Shown here: positions 38,734 to 48,427 of the stretch, piece after piece
Layout: the number at the start of each line of letters is the position of its first letter
Numbering within the stretch: position 1 is the stretch's first letter
From: Deltaproteobacteria bacterium
GTDB taxonomy: Bacteria; Desulfobacterota; Desulfobulbia; Desulfobulbales; SURF-16
Reading direction: 5' to 3'
DNA length: 64,000 nucleotides
Assembly: GCA_030667965.1 (NCBI GenBank)
Contig: DAOUUW010000001.1
Span: 2,014-66,013 of the forward strand
Position numbers and translations under genes: made by a program
The notes under the pieces: generated by a model
What the model was told of the DNA's origin: nothing
The model's input: the letters and a program-made list of their open reading frames with translations, nothing else
Databases searched by the model: none

Positions 38734-38791
38734 CAAAAAACCGCTTGTCAAGCGATCAGTTGTCAGCAATAGAGTGTAATGCTGACAGCTG
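38734..38791 (-). terminator. rpsO terminator / pnp leader hairpins
   Basis: On the minus strand there is a 12-bp stem (38757-38768 / 38780-38791, one GU pair), then a small hairpin CGCTT-GAC-AAGCG followed by TTTTTT. A further hairpin lies at 38701-38727. Confidence 0.55.
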
Positions 38792-38828
38792 ACGACTAAC
38801 GGGTCTATAGCTTCCGACTGCGCCGGAC

Positions 38829-39098
38829 TTACTTCCTGATACCAAGTTCCTTGATCACTGTGCGGTATCTATCAATACTTTTCCCTTTCAGGTAATTGAG
38901 CAGCCTTCTGCGTTGGCCAACCATTTTCAACAGACCACGGCGGGAATGATGGTCTTTTTTATTGGTCTGAAAATGCTCTGTCAAGTTGGAAATCCTGGCG
39001 CTCAACAGCGCCACCTGCACCTCCGGGGAACCGGTGTCGCCTTCATGGGTAGCAAATTTCTCAATTATCTCTTGCTTTTGTGCAACTTGAAATGTCAT
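38829..39098 (-). CDS. rpsO: 30S ribosomal protein S15
   Basis: 89 aa with [17 protein letters not shown] and [17 protein letters not shown]. Confidence 0.97.
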   Translation of the reverse strand: MTFQVAQKQEIIEKFATHEGDTGSPEVQVALLSARISNLTEHFQTNKKDHHSRRGLLKMVGQRRRLLNYLKGKSIDRYRTVIKELGIRK

Positions 39099-39159
39099 TA
39101 TTCTATATCCTCCTACAAAATTATAATCCGTTTTAATTAAGTCCGTTTACAACTTTTTC

Positions 39160-39882
39160 CTATAAACCTGCCGACACCGCATCAACAGGAATCATATGTT
39201 CCAACAACAGGTTAACCACTGTCCGGCGATCCTGATCCAAATCTTTACCATCTATGGTATCCGTCACTGAATACATGCCACTTCTCAGGCGTCTCAACTC
39301 AACAAGATGGGCTCCGCAACCTAAAGCCCTACCGATATCCGAGGCAAGGGTGCGAATATAGGTCCCTTTACCGCAAACAACCCTGATCTGCAACAGGTCA
39401 CCCTGCCAGGCAAGGGCCTCGATTTCCATAATTCGAATGAGTCGCGGCTCCTTTTCTACCTTTATGCCTTTTCTCGCATAATAATACAAGGGTTTTCCCT
39501 TATATTTCAAGGCCGAAAAAGCCGGAGGCTGCTGAAGCTGATCACCGGCAAACTCCTGCATGCAAGCGTCAATCCTCTCTCTGGTCACATCGACTATATC
39601 ATGCCGGGAAATGACCTTTCCAGTCAGATCCTGGCTGTCTGTTTCTATTCCCAGTTTCAGGGTGGCCGTGTACTCTTTTTCTCCCTCCATCAAGGAAGCA
39701 ATCCGGCGGGTTGCGGTACGTCCGGCACAGACAACAAGAAGGCCGGAAGCAAAGGGATCGAGCGTTCCAGCGTGCCCCACTTTTTTTATCTGTAAGACCC
39801 GTTTGATCAACCGCACCATCCCAAACGAGGAAGGTCCGACAGGCTTATCGATCAGAAAGATCGCCGGGGGAACAACTTGCAT
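39160..39882 (-). CDS. truB: tRNA pseudouridine-55 synthase TruB
   Basis: Start trimmed to MQVVPPAIFLIDKP (ATG 39882). Has the catalytic motif GHAGTLDPFASG. Confidence 0.9.
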   Translation of the reverse strand: MQVVPPAIFLIDKPVGPSSFGMVRLIKRVLQIKKVGHAGTLDPFASGLLVVCAGRTATRRIASLMEGEKEYTATLKLGIETDSQDLTGKVISRHDIVDVTRERIDACMQEFAGDQLQQPPAFSALKYKGKPLYYYARKGIKVEKEPRLIRIMEIEALAWQGDLLQIRVVCGKGTYIRTLASDIGRALGCGAHLVELRRLRSGMYSVTDTIDGKDLDQDRRTVVNLLLEHMIPVDAVSAGL

Positions 39883-40861
39883 CTTGTATCTCTCTGGTCT
39901 CCAGCAATGAATGCAACTCATCCAGCAGCTGCTTTTGCACTTGCTCTACACGGGCTCCGGGTATCTTGAAGCCGGCGGCATTGCTGTGCCCGCCCCCGCC
40001 AAATTTCCGGGCAATCCGCGCCACATCATAATTACCTTTTGACCGCAGACTGACCCCGACAACATCCTCGGATTCCTTAATAAAAGCCGCAATCTTCACC
40101 GTATGCAGAGAGCGGGGATAATTAATAAAGAGCTCCGTATCCGCTCCAGTGGTGCCGGTTTTCCGGTACATCTCACGCGTAACCGTAATGATTGCCAGTT
40201 GTTCACCTGCATACAAGGTCAGGGTTACCAGAACTTCCTGCAGGAGCTGCAAACGATTTTTAGTAAAATTATCAAAAATTTTTCCGGATATTTCAGCCGG
40301 TTTTACTCCTCTTGCCACAAGTTCGCCTGCTATTCGCAAAGTATCGGCCGATGTTGAAGCGTACTTGAACGAACCAGTGTCCGAAACAATGGCTGCGTAG
40401 AGAAGATACGCGGTTTCAAAGGAAATATCTTCCGACATGGCAAGGGAGAGTTCATATACCATCTCCGCAGTTGATGATTTTCCAGGCTCCACCCAGCGAA
40501 AATCGCCAAAATCACAATGTCCGCTATGATGATCAATAACAGCAAAGGGATGAATGGACTGCAGATCATCCTTCGCCTTACCAAGACGCCTGTCATCACC
40601 ACAGTCCAGGGCCACCGCACAATCAAATTCATCAAGAGCAGGCAGCCCTATGCCTATTCTGGATGATCCAGGCAGAAAATCAAGAATATAATGGATCGGC
40701 TCTTCACTGTAGAGATACACCTGTTTTCCCATGGACCGGAGGATATTACCCAGGGCCAACTGCGATCCCAGAGCATCTACATCTGGAAAAACATGGGTTG
40801 CAATGAGAATTTTTTTTGCCGTTCTCAGAACTGCAACAATTTCAGAAAGAGCCGGATTCAT
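39845..40861 (-). CDS. nrnA: DHH-family phosphoesterase, NrnA-like
   Basis: Has DHH motifs (HVFPDVDALGS, DCGD, VIDHHSGH) and a DHHA1 GGGH motif. The start is uncertain: ATG 40861 or 40879. Confidence 0.75.
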   Translation of the reverse strand: MNPALSEIVAVLRTAKKILIATHVFPDVDALGSQLALGNILRSMGKQVYLYSEEPIHYILDFLPGSSRIGIGLPALDEFDCAVALDCGDDRRLGKAKDDLQSIHPFAVIDHHSGHCDFGDFRWVEPGKSSTAEMVYELSLAMSEDISFETAYLLYAAIVSDTGSFKYASTSADTLRIAGELVARGVKPAEISGKIFDNFTKNRLQLLQEVLVTLTLYAGEQLAIITVTREMYRKTGTTGADTELFINYPRSLHTVKIAAFIKESEDVVGVSLRSKGNYDVARIARKFGGGGHSNAAGFKIPGARVEQVQKQLLDELHSLLETREIQDASCSPGDLSDR

Positions 40862-41252
40862 TTTCACTGGAGATATCATGAAATATTTTATCCATTTTAG
40901 CGTCATATTCCCCGGACGGATCAGGATAGAAAACAAGATCCGGCGCATAACGCAACTGCATCACTTTGGCCAGAGAACTTCGCATGAAACCTTTGGCCCT
41001 CGTTAATGCCTGTCGAACTTTCCCGCAAGATTCCTCGGGGCAGCTGTAATAGATTTTAGCAATCTTTAAATCATTGCTCATTTCCACATGGGCAATGTTC
41101 ACACTATGCAGAGCAGGATCTTTTACCTTATAGAGAAGGAGCGTGGATATCTCGTTTCTAATGGAATCAGCCACCCTTGCCGGACGCCTTTTCGGTTCCG
41201 GTGCAAGTCCTTCCGGCAGCCTGAAACGGGATTTTGACTTTGTTGAAGCCAT
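40842..41252 (-). CDS. rbfA: Ribosome-binding factor A
   Basis: 136 aa with RVADSIRNEISTLL and a KH-like core, located after infB. Confidence 0.88.
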   Translation of the reverse strand: MASTKSKSRFRLPEGLAPEPKRRPARVADSIRNEISTLLLYKVKDPALHSVNIAHVEMSNDLKIAKIYYSCPEESCGKVRQALTRAKGFMRSSLAKVMQLRYAPDLVFYPDPSGEYDAKMDKIFHDISSENESGSF

Positions 41253-41273
41253 AAATGGTCAAAGGAGAACTGA

Positions 41274-43976
41274 TTACAGTTCAGCCTCGATTTCCTCCAT
41301 AATAAACCCTTCAAGGCGGTCTCCCACCTTGATATCATTATAATTTTCTATACCAATGCCGCATTCATAGCCTGCCTGCACCTCTTTTGCGTCATCCTTG
41401 AATCTCCGCAAAGACGCTATCTTGCCTGTGTTGACAACAACACCATCACGCAGCAGACGGACATGGGCATTTCTCAGCATTTTGCCATCCGTCACATAAC
41501 AACCGGCAATTGTACCAATCCTAGGCACATGAAACGTTTCCCGCACTTCGGCGTTGCCGATAATCTTTTCTTCAAACGTTGGATCAAGCAGGCCGACCAT
41601 AGCATTCCTGATATCATCAAGTGCATGATAAATTACATCATAATAACGCATATCAACATTTTCCGCCTTTGCCAAATCAGCCACTTTGACACTTGGGCGC
41701 ACATTAAAACCAATAATCAGAGCATCCGATGCCGCCGCCAGAAGAACATCCGACTCAATGATGGTACCAGTCCCTTCATGGAGAACCTTCACTTTTATTT
41801 CATCGGTACTCAGTTCCGTAATGGCCTTGCCGAATGCTTCCAGGGTACCCTGAACATCAGCGCGCAACAAGACACGTAATTCTTTTACGTCGCCCTCCTG
41901 CAATTTTTCAAAGAGATTATCAAGTGAAATCTTCGTACTGCTTGCAAGTTCGCTCTCACGACTTTTCAACCTTCTGTCAGTGCAGACTTTTTTGGCCATT
42001 TTCTCATCAGGAACAACGACAAATTCATCCCCGGCCCTGGGCACGCCGCTCAGCCCCTGCACTTCCACAGGCATGGACGGTCCTGCCTCCATAACCGTTC
42101 TGCCCTTATCGTCGGACAATGACCTAACCTTGCCGCTATAAAGACCGGCAACAAAATAATCACCTACGCGCAGGGTTCCATGCTGAACAAGCACTGTGGC
42201 CACCGGACCTCTTCCCTTATGAAGCTGAGCCTCAATAACCCATCCTTTGGCACGGCGCTTAACATCAGCCTTTAATTCAAGAATCTCCGTCTGCAGCAGG
42301 ATATTTTCAACAAGTTCATCAATGCCGGTTCCCGTTTTGGCCGAGGTCTCGCAGTAGATGGTATCACCACCCCAGTCCTCAGGAATCATTCCAAGATCGG
42401 CGAGTTCCCTCTGCACCCTGGCAGGATCGGCATTTTCCTTGTCGATCTTGTTCACCGCAACCAGAATAGGCACGCCTGCCGCCTTGGCATGATTAATTGC
42501 CTCTTTGGTCTGATCCATGACACCATCATCCGCGGCAACCACCAGCACCACAACATCCGTCACCTGGGCTCCACGTGAGCGCATTTCTGTGAACGCCGCA
42601 TGGCCCGGAGTATCAAGAAAAACAAGATCACCATGGGATGAACGAACGTAATGTGCACCTATATGTTGGGTAATGCCGCCTGCCTCTCCTGCCGCTACAT
42701 CGGTATTTCGAATCGCATCCAGGATTGAGGTTTTCCCATGGTCAACGTGACCCATAACAGTAATAACCGGAGGACGGGGAAGCTCAACTCCGCCACCTTC
42801 AGATTCATCAAGGTTAAGGATGGATTGCTCTTCAGTTACACCCTGTTCCACTTCAAAACCAAAATCGGTGGCAATGAGCGTTGCAGTATCAACATCCAGG
42901 GCCTGGTTAACAGTGGCCATGACCCCAAGGCCTATGAGTTTAGCAATAACCTCGTTGGCTTTAACACCCATCCTGTGAGACATATCACCAACGGAGATTG
43001 TCTCAAGAATCTTGATACGCTTCTTGATGGCTTTGGTTTCACTGACAACCTCAACAGCCGCATCGCGCTTTTTCTTTTTATGTCCGCCACGAAATCCGCG
43101 ACCAACTCGGACATCAGCAGCAATACGGCCACCGAGCCGGGCAAGATCTGCCGCATCAACATCAACAGCGCCTTTTTGCTTAGCGCCTTTTCTAAAACGC
43201 CCATCAGTGGGCTCATGGCTGAATTTCACAAAGCGCTTCCCTTTTTTTCCTTTTACTTTATCCCTTACGGAATCTTCTGTTTTATCAGTCTGTGTTATTG
43301 CGGGCTTTTCAGAAACAATTTTATTCTTTTTCGGTTTTTCAACCTTTTTAGGTCTGACCCGTTTTTCCTCCGTTTGAATCGGAAGTTCCGTTTGACCTAT
43401 AATTTTCGCCAACCCCTTTTTTCTTTTGGGAACGGGCGCTTCTGCATTCAGTGGCTCTTCAACAGGTTTTTCTTCAGGTTTCGCAACAATTTTTTCTTCC
43501 ACATCTACAGGGGCGATATCATCAATTTCTTCTACTTTTTTATCAGGCTCAAATATCTGCTCTGCTTTCTGAACAGGTTCTTCAGACGCAACAACAACTT
43601 CAGGCTCAGGAACAGATACTTCATCTATTAATCCTTCAGCCGTTTCGACCGTCTCTGCAGGTAATGGTGCAACTTTCCCCTCGATCTCTTCCCCAGGCTC
43701 CTCGACAGGCTCTTCGACAAGCTCTTCGACAAGCGGCTCAGACACAACTTTTTTTCGTCTTCTAATGATCGTTGTCCTGCCTTTTTGCTCTATTCTCTTT
43801 TCTTTAACCTCGACCTTAGAGAAACCAAGTTCCTGGCGGATTTTATCAGCTGTTTCCTCGTCAAGTGAAGAGTTATATGCCCGTACCTTATAACCCAATT
43901 CTATGAGTTGAGCGGTCAAGACCTTACTTTCAACTCCAGCCTCCTTGGCCAGATCGTATACCCGAATTTTTCCCAT
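41274..43976 (-). CDS. infB: Translation initiation factor IF-2
   Basis: 900 aa with a G domain ([25 protein letters not shown]) and an acidic, repetitive N-terminal region. Confidence 0.97.
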   Translation of the reverse strand: MGKIRVYDLAKEAGVESKVLTAQLIELGYKVRAYNSSLDEETADKIRQELGFSKVEVKEKRIEQKGRTTIIRRRKKVVSEPLVEELVEEPVEEPGEEIEGKVAPLPAETVETAEGLIDEVSVPEPEVVVASEEPVQKAEQIFEPDKKVEEIDDIAPVDVEEKIVAKPEEKPVEEPLNAEAPVPKRKKGLAKIIGQTELPIQTEEKRVRPKKVEKPKKNKIVSEKPAITQTDKTEDSVRDKVKGKKGKRFVKFSHEPTDGRFRKGAKQKGAVDVDAADLARLGGRIAADVRVGRGFRGGHKKKKRDAAVEVVSETKAIKKRIKILETISVGDMSHRMGVKANEVIAKLIGLGVMATVNQALDVDTATLIATDFGFEVEQGVTEEQSILNLDESEGGGVELPRPPVITVMGHVDHGKTSILDAIRNTDVAAGEAGGITQHIGAHYVRSSHGDLVFLDTPGHAAFTEMRSRGAQVTDVVVLVVAADDGVMDQTKEAINHAKAAGVPILVAVNKIDKENADPARVQRELADLGMIPEDWGGDTIYCETSAKTGTGIDELVENILLQTEILELKADVKRRAKGWVIEAQLHKGRGPVATVLVQHGTLRVGDYFVAGLYSGKVRSLSDDKGRTVMEAGPSMPVEVQGLSGVPRAGDEFVVVPDEKMAKKVCTDRRLKSRESELASSTKISLDNLFEKLQEGDVKELRVLLRADVQGTLEAFGKAITELSTDEIKVKVLHEGTGTIIESDVLLAAASDALIIGFNVRPSVKVADLAKAENVDMRYYDVIYHALDDIRNAMVGLLDPTFEEKIIGNAEVRETFHVPRIGTIAGCYVTDGKMLRNAHVRLLRDGVVVNTGKIASLRRFKDDAKEVQAGYECGIGIENYNDIKVGDRLEGFIMEEIEAEL

Positions 43977-44011
43977 TATCTGCTCCTGAACAGCCCTTCT
44001 CTTGTACTTCT

Positions 44012-44296
44012 CTACTGTAATGTCTTTTCAACAAGAGACAAAATATTGCCTTGCCATGTCAAATTATTTCGACGAAATACCCTGGCAATTTTTTTCTTGT
44101 CTTTTAATATGCTTTTCATGCAGGTTGCCTTTCTGCAACTGTAAGCGCCTCTTCCAGCCATTTTCTGTGCAGTGTCTAATACTATTTCTCCGTTTGAGAC
44201 AACCAGCCTCAGCAGATTTTTTTTTGCATTTTTCTTTCCGCAACCAAGACACGTCCGCTGGGGCGCTGCCGCATCTACCTTGCACATGTTTGTCAT
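44012..44296 (-). CDS. ylxR: YlxR/DUF448 RNA-binding protein
   Basis: Has the RTCLGCGKK motif and lies between nusA and infB. Confidence 0.85.
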   Translation of the reverse strand: MTNMCKVDAAAPQRTCLGCGKKNAKKNLLRLVVSNGEIVLDTAQKMAGRGAYSCRKATCMKSILKDKKKIARVFRRNNLTWQGNILSLVEKTLQ

Positions 44297-44319
44297 TTTT
44301 CCCAGGATGGCTCGTCTAC

Positions 44320-45651
44320 TTAAGCGGGTTCATGATCCGGCAACTCCGGGGTCTCAGGCTCATCAGGGGCTGAATCACCAGACTGCAAGGATGGATCTTC
44401 CTCCACGGGAAGCTCCTCCAGATATTGCCTGGCTGACTGCAGCAAATCCTCTACAGTCTTCACATCATCCAAGCCGGTTATTCCCTGAATATCTGCTGCA
44501 TCAGCCTCCAGTAATTCCCCGGCAGATGTTACCCCCTCTTCATACAACGCTTCCGCTATTTTTTCCGTCATGCCCTTCAAAAGCATCAGAGACTGAAAGC
44601 CCTCTTCCATCATCCTGGCATATCTCTGCTCACTCTTTACATCAATCCTCCAGCCCAACAATATTGAGGCAAGACGGACATTCTGTCCCTGCCTGCCAAT
44701 GGCAAGGGAAAGTTGATCATCAGGAACCACGACAAGCAGTTTTTTCCTATCCTCATCAACCACAACCATGGACACCTGCGCCGGCGCCAGGGCGTTGGAC
44801 ACATACTTCGCCGGATCAGGGCTCCACGGGACGATATCAATTTTTTCACCCTGCAGTTCCTGGACAACATTCTGTACCCGCGAGCCCTTCATGCCGACAC
44901 ATGCGCCAACAGGATCAACATCGCTTTCCGATGATGAGACAGCTATTTTGGCCCGTGATCCCGGTTCGCGGCAAGCGTTCATTATCGAGACTATGCCTTC
45001 TGAAATTTCAGGGACTTCCATTTCGAATAATTTCACCAGAAATTCCTTGCAGGTGCGACTCAACACAAGTTGATGGTCACGTACATCCTGGCGCACGTCT
45101 AGAAGATAAGCCCTTATCCTGTCACCCTGACGATAAGAACGCCTTGGCATCTGCTCTTTCTTGGGCAACAAGGCATCTGTACGCCCGAGATTGACAATCA
45201 TATTACCGCGCTCAAAACGCTGCACTATTCCATTGACAATTTCACCCTTACGATCCTTATACATTTCATAAATGACGTCCTTTTCGGCATCTTTCATTTT
45301 CTGTATAATGACCTGCTTGGCTGACTGGGCAGCGATACGTCCAAGATCGGACACATTTTCCATCTTCGACCCCAGCTCATCGCCGGGATCTACATCAGGA
45401 TCAAGCCTTTTCGCTTCAGCAAATGATACTTCAGTCTGCTCATCCTCAACTTTTTCAACAACCGTGCGAAATTGAAACAACTCTATTTCGCCAAATTCTT
45501 CATTAAAAGTTACTTCAATGTCCCGCCTCAGGCCATATCTTTTCTTTGCAGCAGACAGTACTGCCTCTTCAAGCGCTTCGACGAGAATCTGCCGATCAAT
45601 GCCTTTGTCCCTGCTTATTTGATCAATGATTCTTTTTAAATCTGATAACAT
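44320..45651 (-). CDS. nusA: Transcription termination/antitermination factor NusA
   Basis: 443 aa with an N-terminal domain, S1 and two KH domains, and an acidic C-terminus. Confidence 0.96.
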   Translation of the reverse strand: MLSDLKRIIDQISRDKGIDRQILVEALEEAVLSAAKKRYGLRRDIEVTFNEEFGEIELFQFRTVVEKVEDEQTEVSFAEAKRLDPDVDPGDELGSKMENVSDLGRIAAQSAKQVIIQKMKDAEKDVIYEMYKDRKGEIVNGIVQRFERGNMIVNLGRTDALLPKKEQMPRRSYRQGDRIRAYLLDVRQDVRDHQLVLSRTCKEFLVKLFEMEVPEISEGIVSIMNACREPGSRAKIAVSSSESDVDPVGACVGMKGSRVQNVVQELQGEKIDIVPWSPDPAKYVSNALAPAQVSMVVVDEDRKKLLVVVPDDQLSLAIGRQGQNVRLASILLGWRIDVKSEQRYARMMEEGFQSLMLLKGMTEKIAEALYEEGVTSAGELLEADAADIQGITGLDDVKTVEDLLQSARQYLEELPVEEDPSLQSGDSAPDEPETPELPDHEPA

Positions 45652-45732
45652 TATTTGTCTCCATAATTTCAGCCGATTCCTGTTTAAGGAGCAGTTGAAC
45701 TGGAAATATCGCCGATTAAAACATTGGCGCCG

Positions 45733-46197
45733 TTAAAATTCGATAACTAGCTTTGCTTTTTTAATTTTCTCCAATGGAAAGGCACGAGTATCGCCATCAA
45801 TTTTCATTGTAACGACATCACTATCGACCTTCTCTACAATTCCGGTCAACCTCTGCCTGCCTCCATCATCCTCTATGTCTATCCGCACCTTTTCCCCTTT
45901 GTTTCGCCTAAAATCGCTGCTTGATCGCAAGGGACGGTCCAGTCCTGGAGAAGACACCTCCAGTGTATATTTCTGTTCAATCACATCTTCAACATCAAGA
46001 AGATGATTTATTTCGCGGCTGACTCTAGTGCAATCTCCGACAGTTATACCGCCTTCCTTGAAAATAATCAGTCGAAGAACCCAGCCAATCTGCTCCTGAC
46101 GAAACTGTACTTCAACCAGCTCAAGATCATGTTCAGAAAGCACAGGCTCCGCAAGACGACTTACCGTATCTGTAATGTTATCATTGTATGAAGTCAT
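45733..46197 (-). CDS. rimP: Ribosome maturation factor RimP
   Basis: Start trimmed to MTSYNDNITD (ATG 46197). Contains LELVEVQF...LEVSSPGLDRPL. Confidence 0.9.
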   Translation of the reverse strand: MTSYNDNITDTVSRLAEPVLSEHDLELVEVQFRQEQIGWVLRLIIFKEGGITVGDCTRVSREINHLLDVEDVIEQKYTLEVSSPGLDRPLRSSSDFRRNKGEKVRIDIEDDGGRQRLTGIVEKVDSDVVTMKIDGDTRAFPLEKIKKAKLVIEF

Positions 46198-46433
46198 ATT
46201 TGCAAATGAACCAGACACCTTGACAGCATATTTTAAACAAAAAAAGCGGGCAAAGCCCACTTTTTATTAGATGACGAATATCACTCGCTATCACGTCAGA
46301 AGAAATAACTGTCTTTCTTCTGTTACACTAGTAACAAAAAAACTTAAACCCAAAAACAAACAGTCGCGGGCGTACAAACATTACGCAGCAAAAATTGTAT
46401 CTAAAACCCGCAGATGAGCCTATCACTTATCCT

Positions 46434-46509
46434 TGGAGCGGACAACGGGGTTCGAACCCGCGACACCAAGCTTGGGAAGCTTGTACTCTACCAACTGAGC
46501 TATGTCCGC
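46434..46509 (-). tRNA. tRNA-Gly (anticodon CCC)
   Basis: Minus-strand sequence GCGGACATAGCTCAGTTGGTAGAGTACAAGCTTCCCAAGCTTGGTGTCGCGGGTTCGAACCCCGTTGTCCGCTCCA. It folds by hand into a cloverleaf: 7-bp acceptor stem, anticodon loop TTCCCAA, T-loop TTCGAAC and an encoded CCA. Confidence 0.9.
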
Positions 46510-46525
46510 AACGAATTAATTTTAC

Positions 46526-46553
46526 AGTATACAAACTTTTTCAAGCTTGTCAA
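46526..46553 (-). promoter_or_regulatory. Sigma-70-type promoter for tRNA-Gly (and probably rimP-nusA-infB)
   Basis: The minus strand reads TTGACA, a 16-nt spacer, then TATACT. The -10 element ends 16 nt before the mature tRNA 5' end. Confidence 0.65.
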
Positions 46554-46610
46554 GTTGTCTGTACTGAGATCAGGCAAGGGCTGATTAAATCGCAATTACA
46601 TATAAAAAAA

Positions 46611-46798
46611 TGTGATTACCACTAATTTTCAGCCTCCTGAGTAAGTAACCGGCAAAGAATGAGGGTGGGAGCGGATTTATCCGCAAATTTTCTGGGTTGG
46701 CAAGCAAGCAGTTTCATCTCCTTGCCGGCCCTTTTCGCGGCTAAAGCCGCTCCTACAGCACTGCACTGATGAATGGCTGAATTTCGATGGTAATCACA
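46611..46798. mobile_element. 188-bp MITE-like element with 11-bp perfect terminal inverted repeats, an 8-bp target-site duplication and an internal REP-like palindrome pair
   Basis: TIRs are TGTGATTACCA (46611-46621) and TGGTAATCACA (46788-46798). Flanking direct repeats TAAAAAAA lie at 46603-46610 and 46799-46806. Inside are GGGAGCGGATTTATCCGCAAA (about 46665-46687) and its inverted relative CGCGGCTAAAGCCGCTCCTAC (about 46734-46757). Confidence 0.65.
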
Positions 46799-46799
46799 T

Positions 46800-46859
46800 A
46801 AAAAAATGCCCCTGTAAGTGAAATGACAGTTGTAAATCTATCATTTCACTTACAGGGGC
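46800..46859 (-). terminator. Rho-independent terminator of the nuo operon
   Basis: Perfect 19-bp stem GCCCCTGTAAGTGAAATGA (46808-46826) / TCATTTCACTTACAGGGGC (46841-46859) with a 14-nt loop. On the minus strand it is followed by a run of 7 T. Confidence 0.85.
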
Positions 46860-46912
46860 AAGATAACAAAAAAAGGGGAGTAGATATCGGCTGATGCCGA
46901 CAAATAACCCTA

Positions 46913-48328
46913 TTACAGTATAGAACGAACAGCAGTGCTTGCTATTTCAAGTATTTGTTTAGGAACAACTCCCATGTATATAATAACAGCTATGAGCGAA
47001 ATACTGACAACTTGGGTCATCATATCTACCTTTACATTCGGACGATCTTCAGGGTCACTGCAGAAGGCAACCCGTACAACAGACAGATAATAATAGATAG
47101 CAATGGCCGTATTCAAGGCAGCGAGGATGACCAAGGCCAGATGCCCGTCATTCAAAGCTGCAGTCAGCAGCATGAATTTTCCCATAAATCCGACAAAAGG
47201 AGGTATACCGGCAAGTGCCATCATACCCACAAGAAGGGTCAGGGCCAAAAGCGGTGCTCTTTTATACAACCCGCTCAAGTCCTCTACCTTAACATTTTCT
47301 CCATTTTCGGAAACCTTGCATATAACAAGAAAGCAGGCAAGATTCATGAACAGATAGCCGAGAATATAATAAATTGATGTGGCAAATCCTGTTTCTTTCA
47401 GGGTCAGCAGACCCAAGAGAACGAATCCGGCATGCGCAATGCCGGAAAAGCCGAGCATACGTTTGATATCGGTCTGTACAAGGGCGGATAAATTTCCGTA
47501 AAACATGGAACATACAGCTAGTACCATGAGCAGGTTCACAACAGATGCACCGGCATCAGGTGCAACAAGTGTTGTTATACGAATCAGGATTGCGACTGCT
47601 CCAAGCTTTGGCACTGTTGCAATAAATGACGTAGTTGCATTTGATGCACCCTGATAGACATCAGGAACCCAGAAATGAAAAGGGAACACACCAAGCTTGT
47701 AAAATAAGCCGCACATAAATAAGGCAATTGCCAGCATGGCTGTCGGGCTTGCTGCAAGCACATGAAGTTTCGGTACCAGTTCAATGAAATATGTTGTGCC
47801 TGTCAATCCATAAATAAAACTGATTCCGTACAGCATAGTGCCGGTTGCAATGACACCGAAGACGATATACTTAATTGCCGCCTCCATCTGAATGCGAAGG
47901 CCGGTATGATCATCCCGCATGGGAACCATCAGATATAATGAATAAGACGAAAGCTCAAGGGCTACAAAGAGAGTTAAAATCTCAACACTGCTGACCATCA
48001 TGACCAGGCCGAGGGTACTTAACAGCATAAAGAGATAGTACTCGGGACGCATCCTGTCCGTCACACCTTTTAATTCACTGCTGAATATGAGTACCGCAAT
48101 GAGACCCAGCGAGATACTTAGCTTGAATATCTGGGAAAACAAATCAACCCGATAAGCGTCAAAAAACATATTTCCCTTGGATTGCAGGGTGACAAGGCAC
48201 AAGACGGTTGAGGCAACGGCCAGTGCAAGTGTTATGTTTTTCGCCAACTGCCCATTTCCCCGGCCGAGACAGACTCCGAAGAGAACCAGACTTCCTATTA
48301 GCAGTAATAACTCTGGTGCAAACAACAT
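46913..48328 (-). CDS. nuoN: NADH-quinone oxidoreductase subunit N
   Basis: 471 aa antiporter-like polytopic protein, last gene of the nuo operon. Confidence 0.88.
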   Translation of the reverse strand: MLFAPELLLLIGSLVLFGVCLGRGNGQLAKNITLALAVASTVLCLVTLQSKGNMFFDAYRVDLFSQIFKLSISLGLIAVLIFSSELKGVTDRMRPEYYLFMLLSTLGLVMMVSSVEILTLFVALELSSYSLYLMVPMRDDHTGLRIQMEAAIKYIVFGVIATGTMLYGISFIYGLTGTTYFIELVPKLHVLAASPTAMLAIALFMCGLFYKLGVFPFHFWVPDVYQGASNATTSFIATVPKLGAVAILIRITTLVAPDAGASVVNLLMVLAVCSMFYGNLSALVQTDIKRMLGFSGIAHAGFVLLGLLTLKETGFATSIYYILGYLFMNLACFLVICKVSENGENVKVEDLSGLYKRAPLLALTLLVGMMALAGIPPFVGFMGKFMLLTAALNDGHLALVILAALNTAIAIYYYLSVVRVAFCSDPEDRPNVKVDMMTQVVSISLIAVIIYMGVVPKQILEIASTAVRSIL

Positions 48329-48427
48329 ATTTTATCCTTCTACTGTTTTAATCAGCTTTCCTTAAATTTAACCATGCAGGTCACATAAAGCTTCCTGCAA
48401 AGCCGTTTACTATCAGGAATTCCCATA

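Noticed and set aside
44172-45194. 340-aa plus-strand ORF antisense to nusA
   Set aside because: It is Pro/Ser/His-rich with no motifs and lies entirely antisense to a strongly supported gene. The same reasoning applies to 42738-43631 (antisense infB), 35618-36469 (antisense M16 peptidase), 16414-16944 (antisense flhA), 12899-13426 (antisense fliO) and 22270-22959 (antisense of the fliL-like gene).
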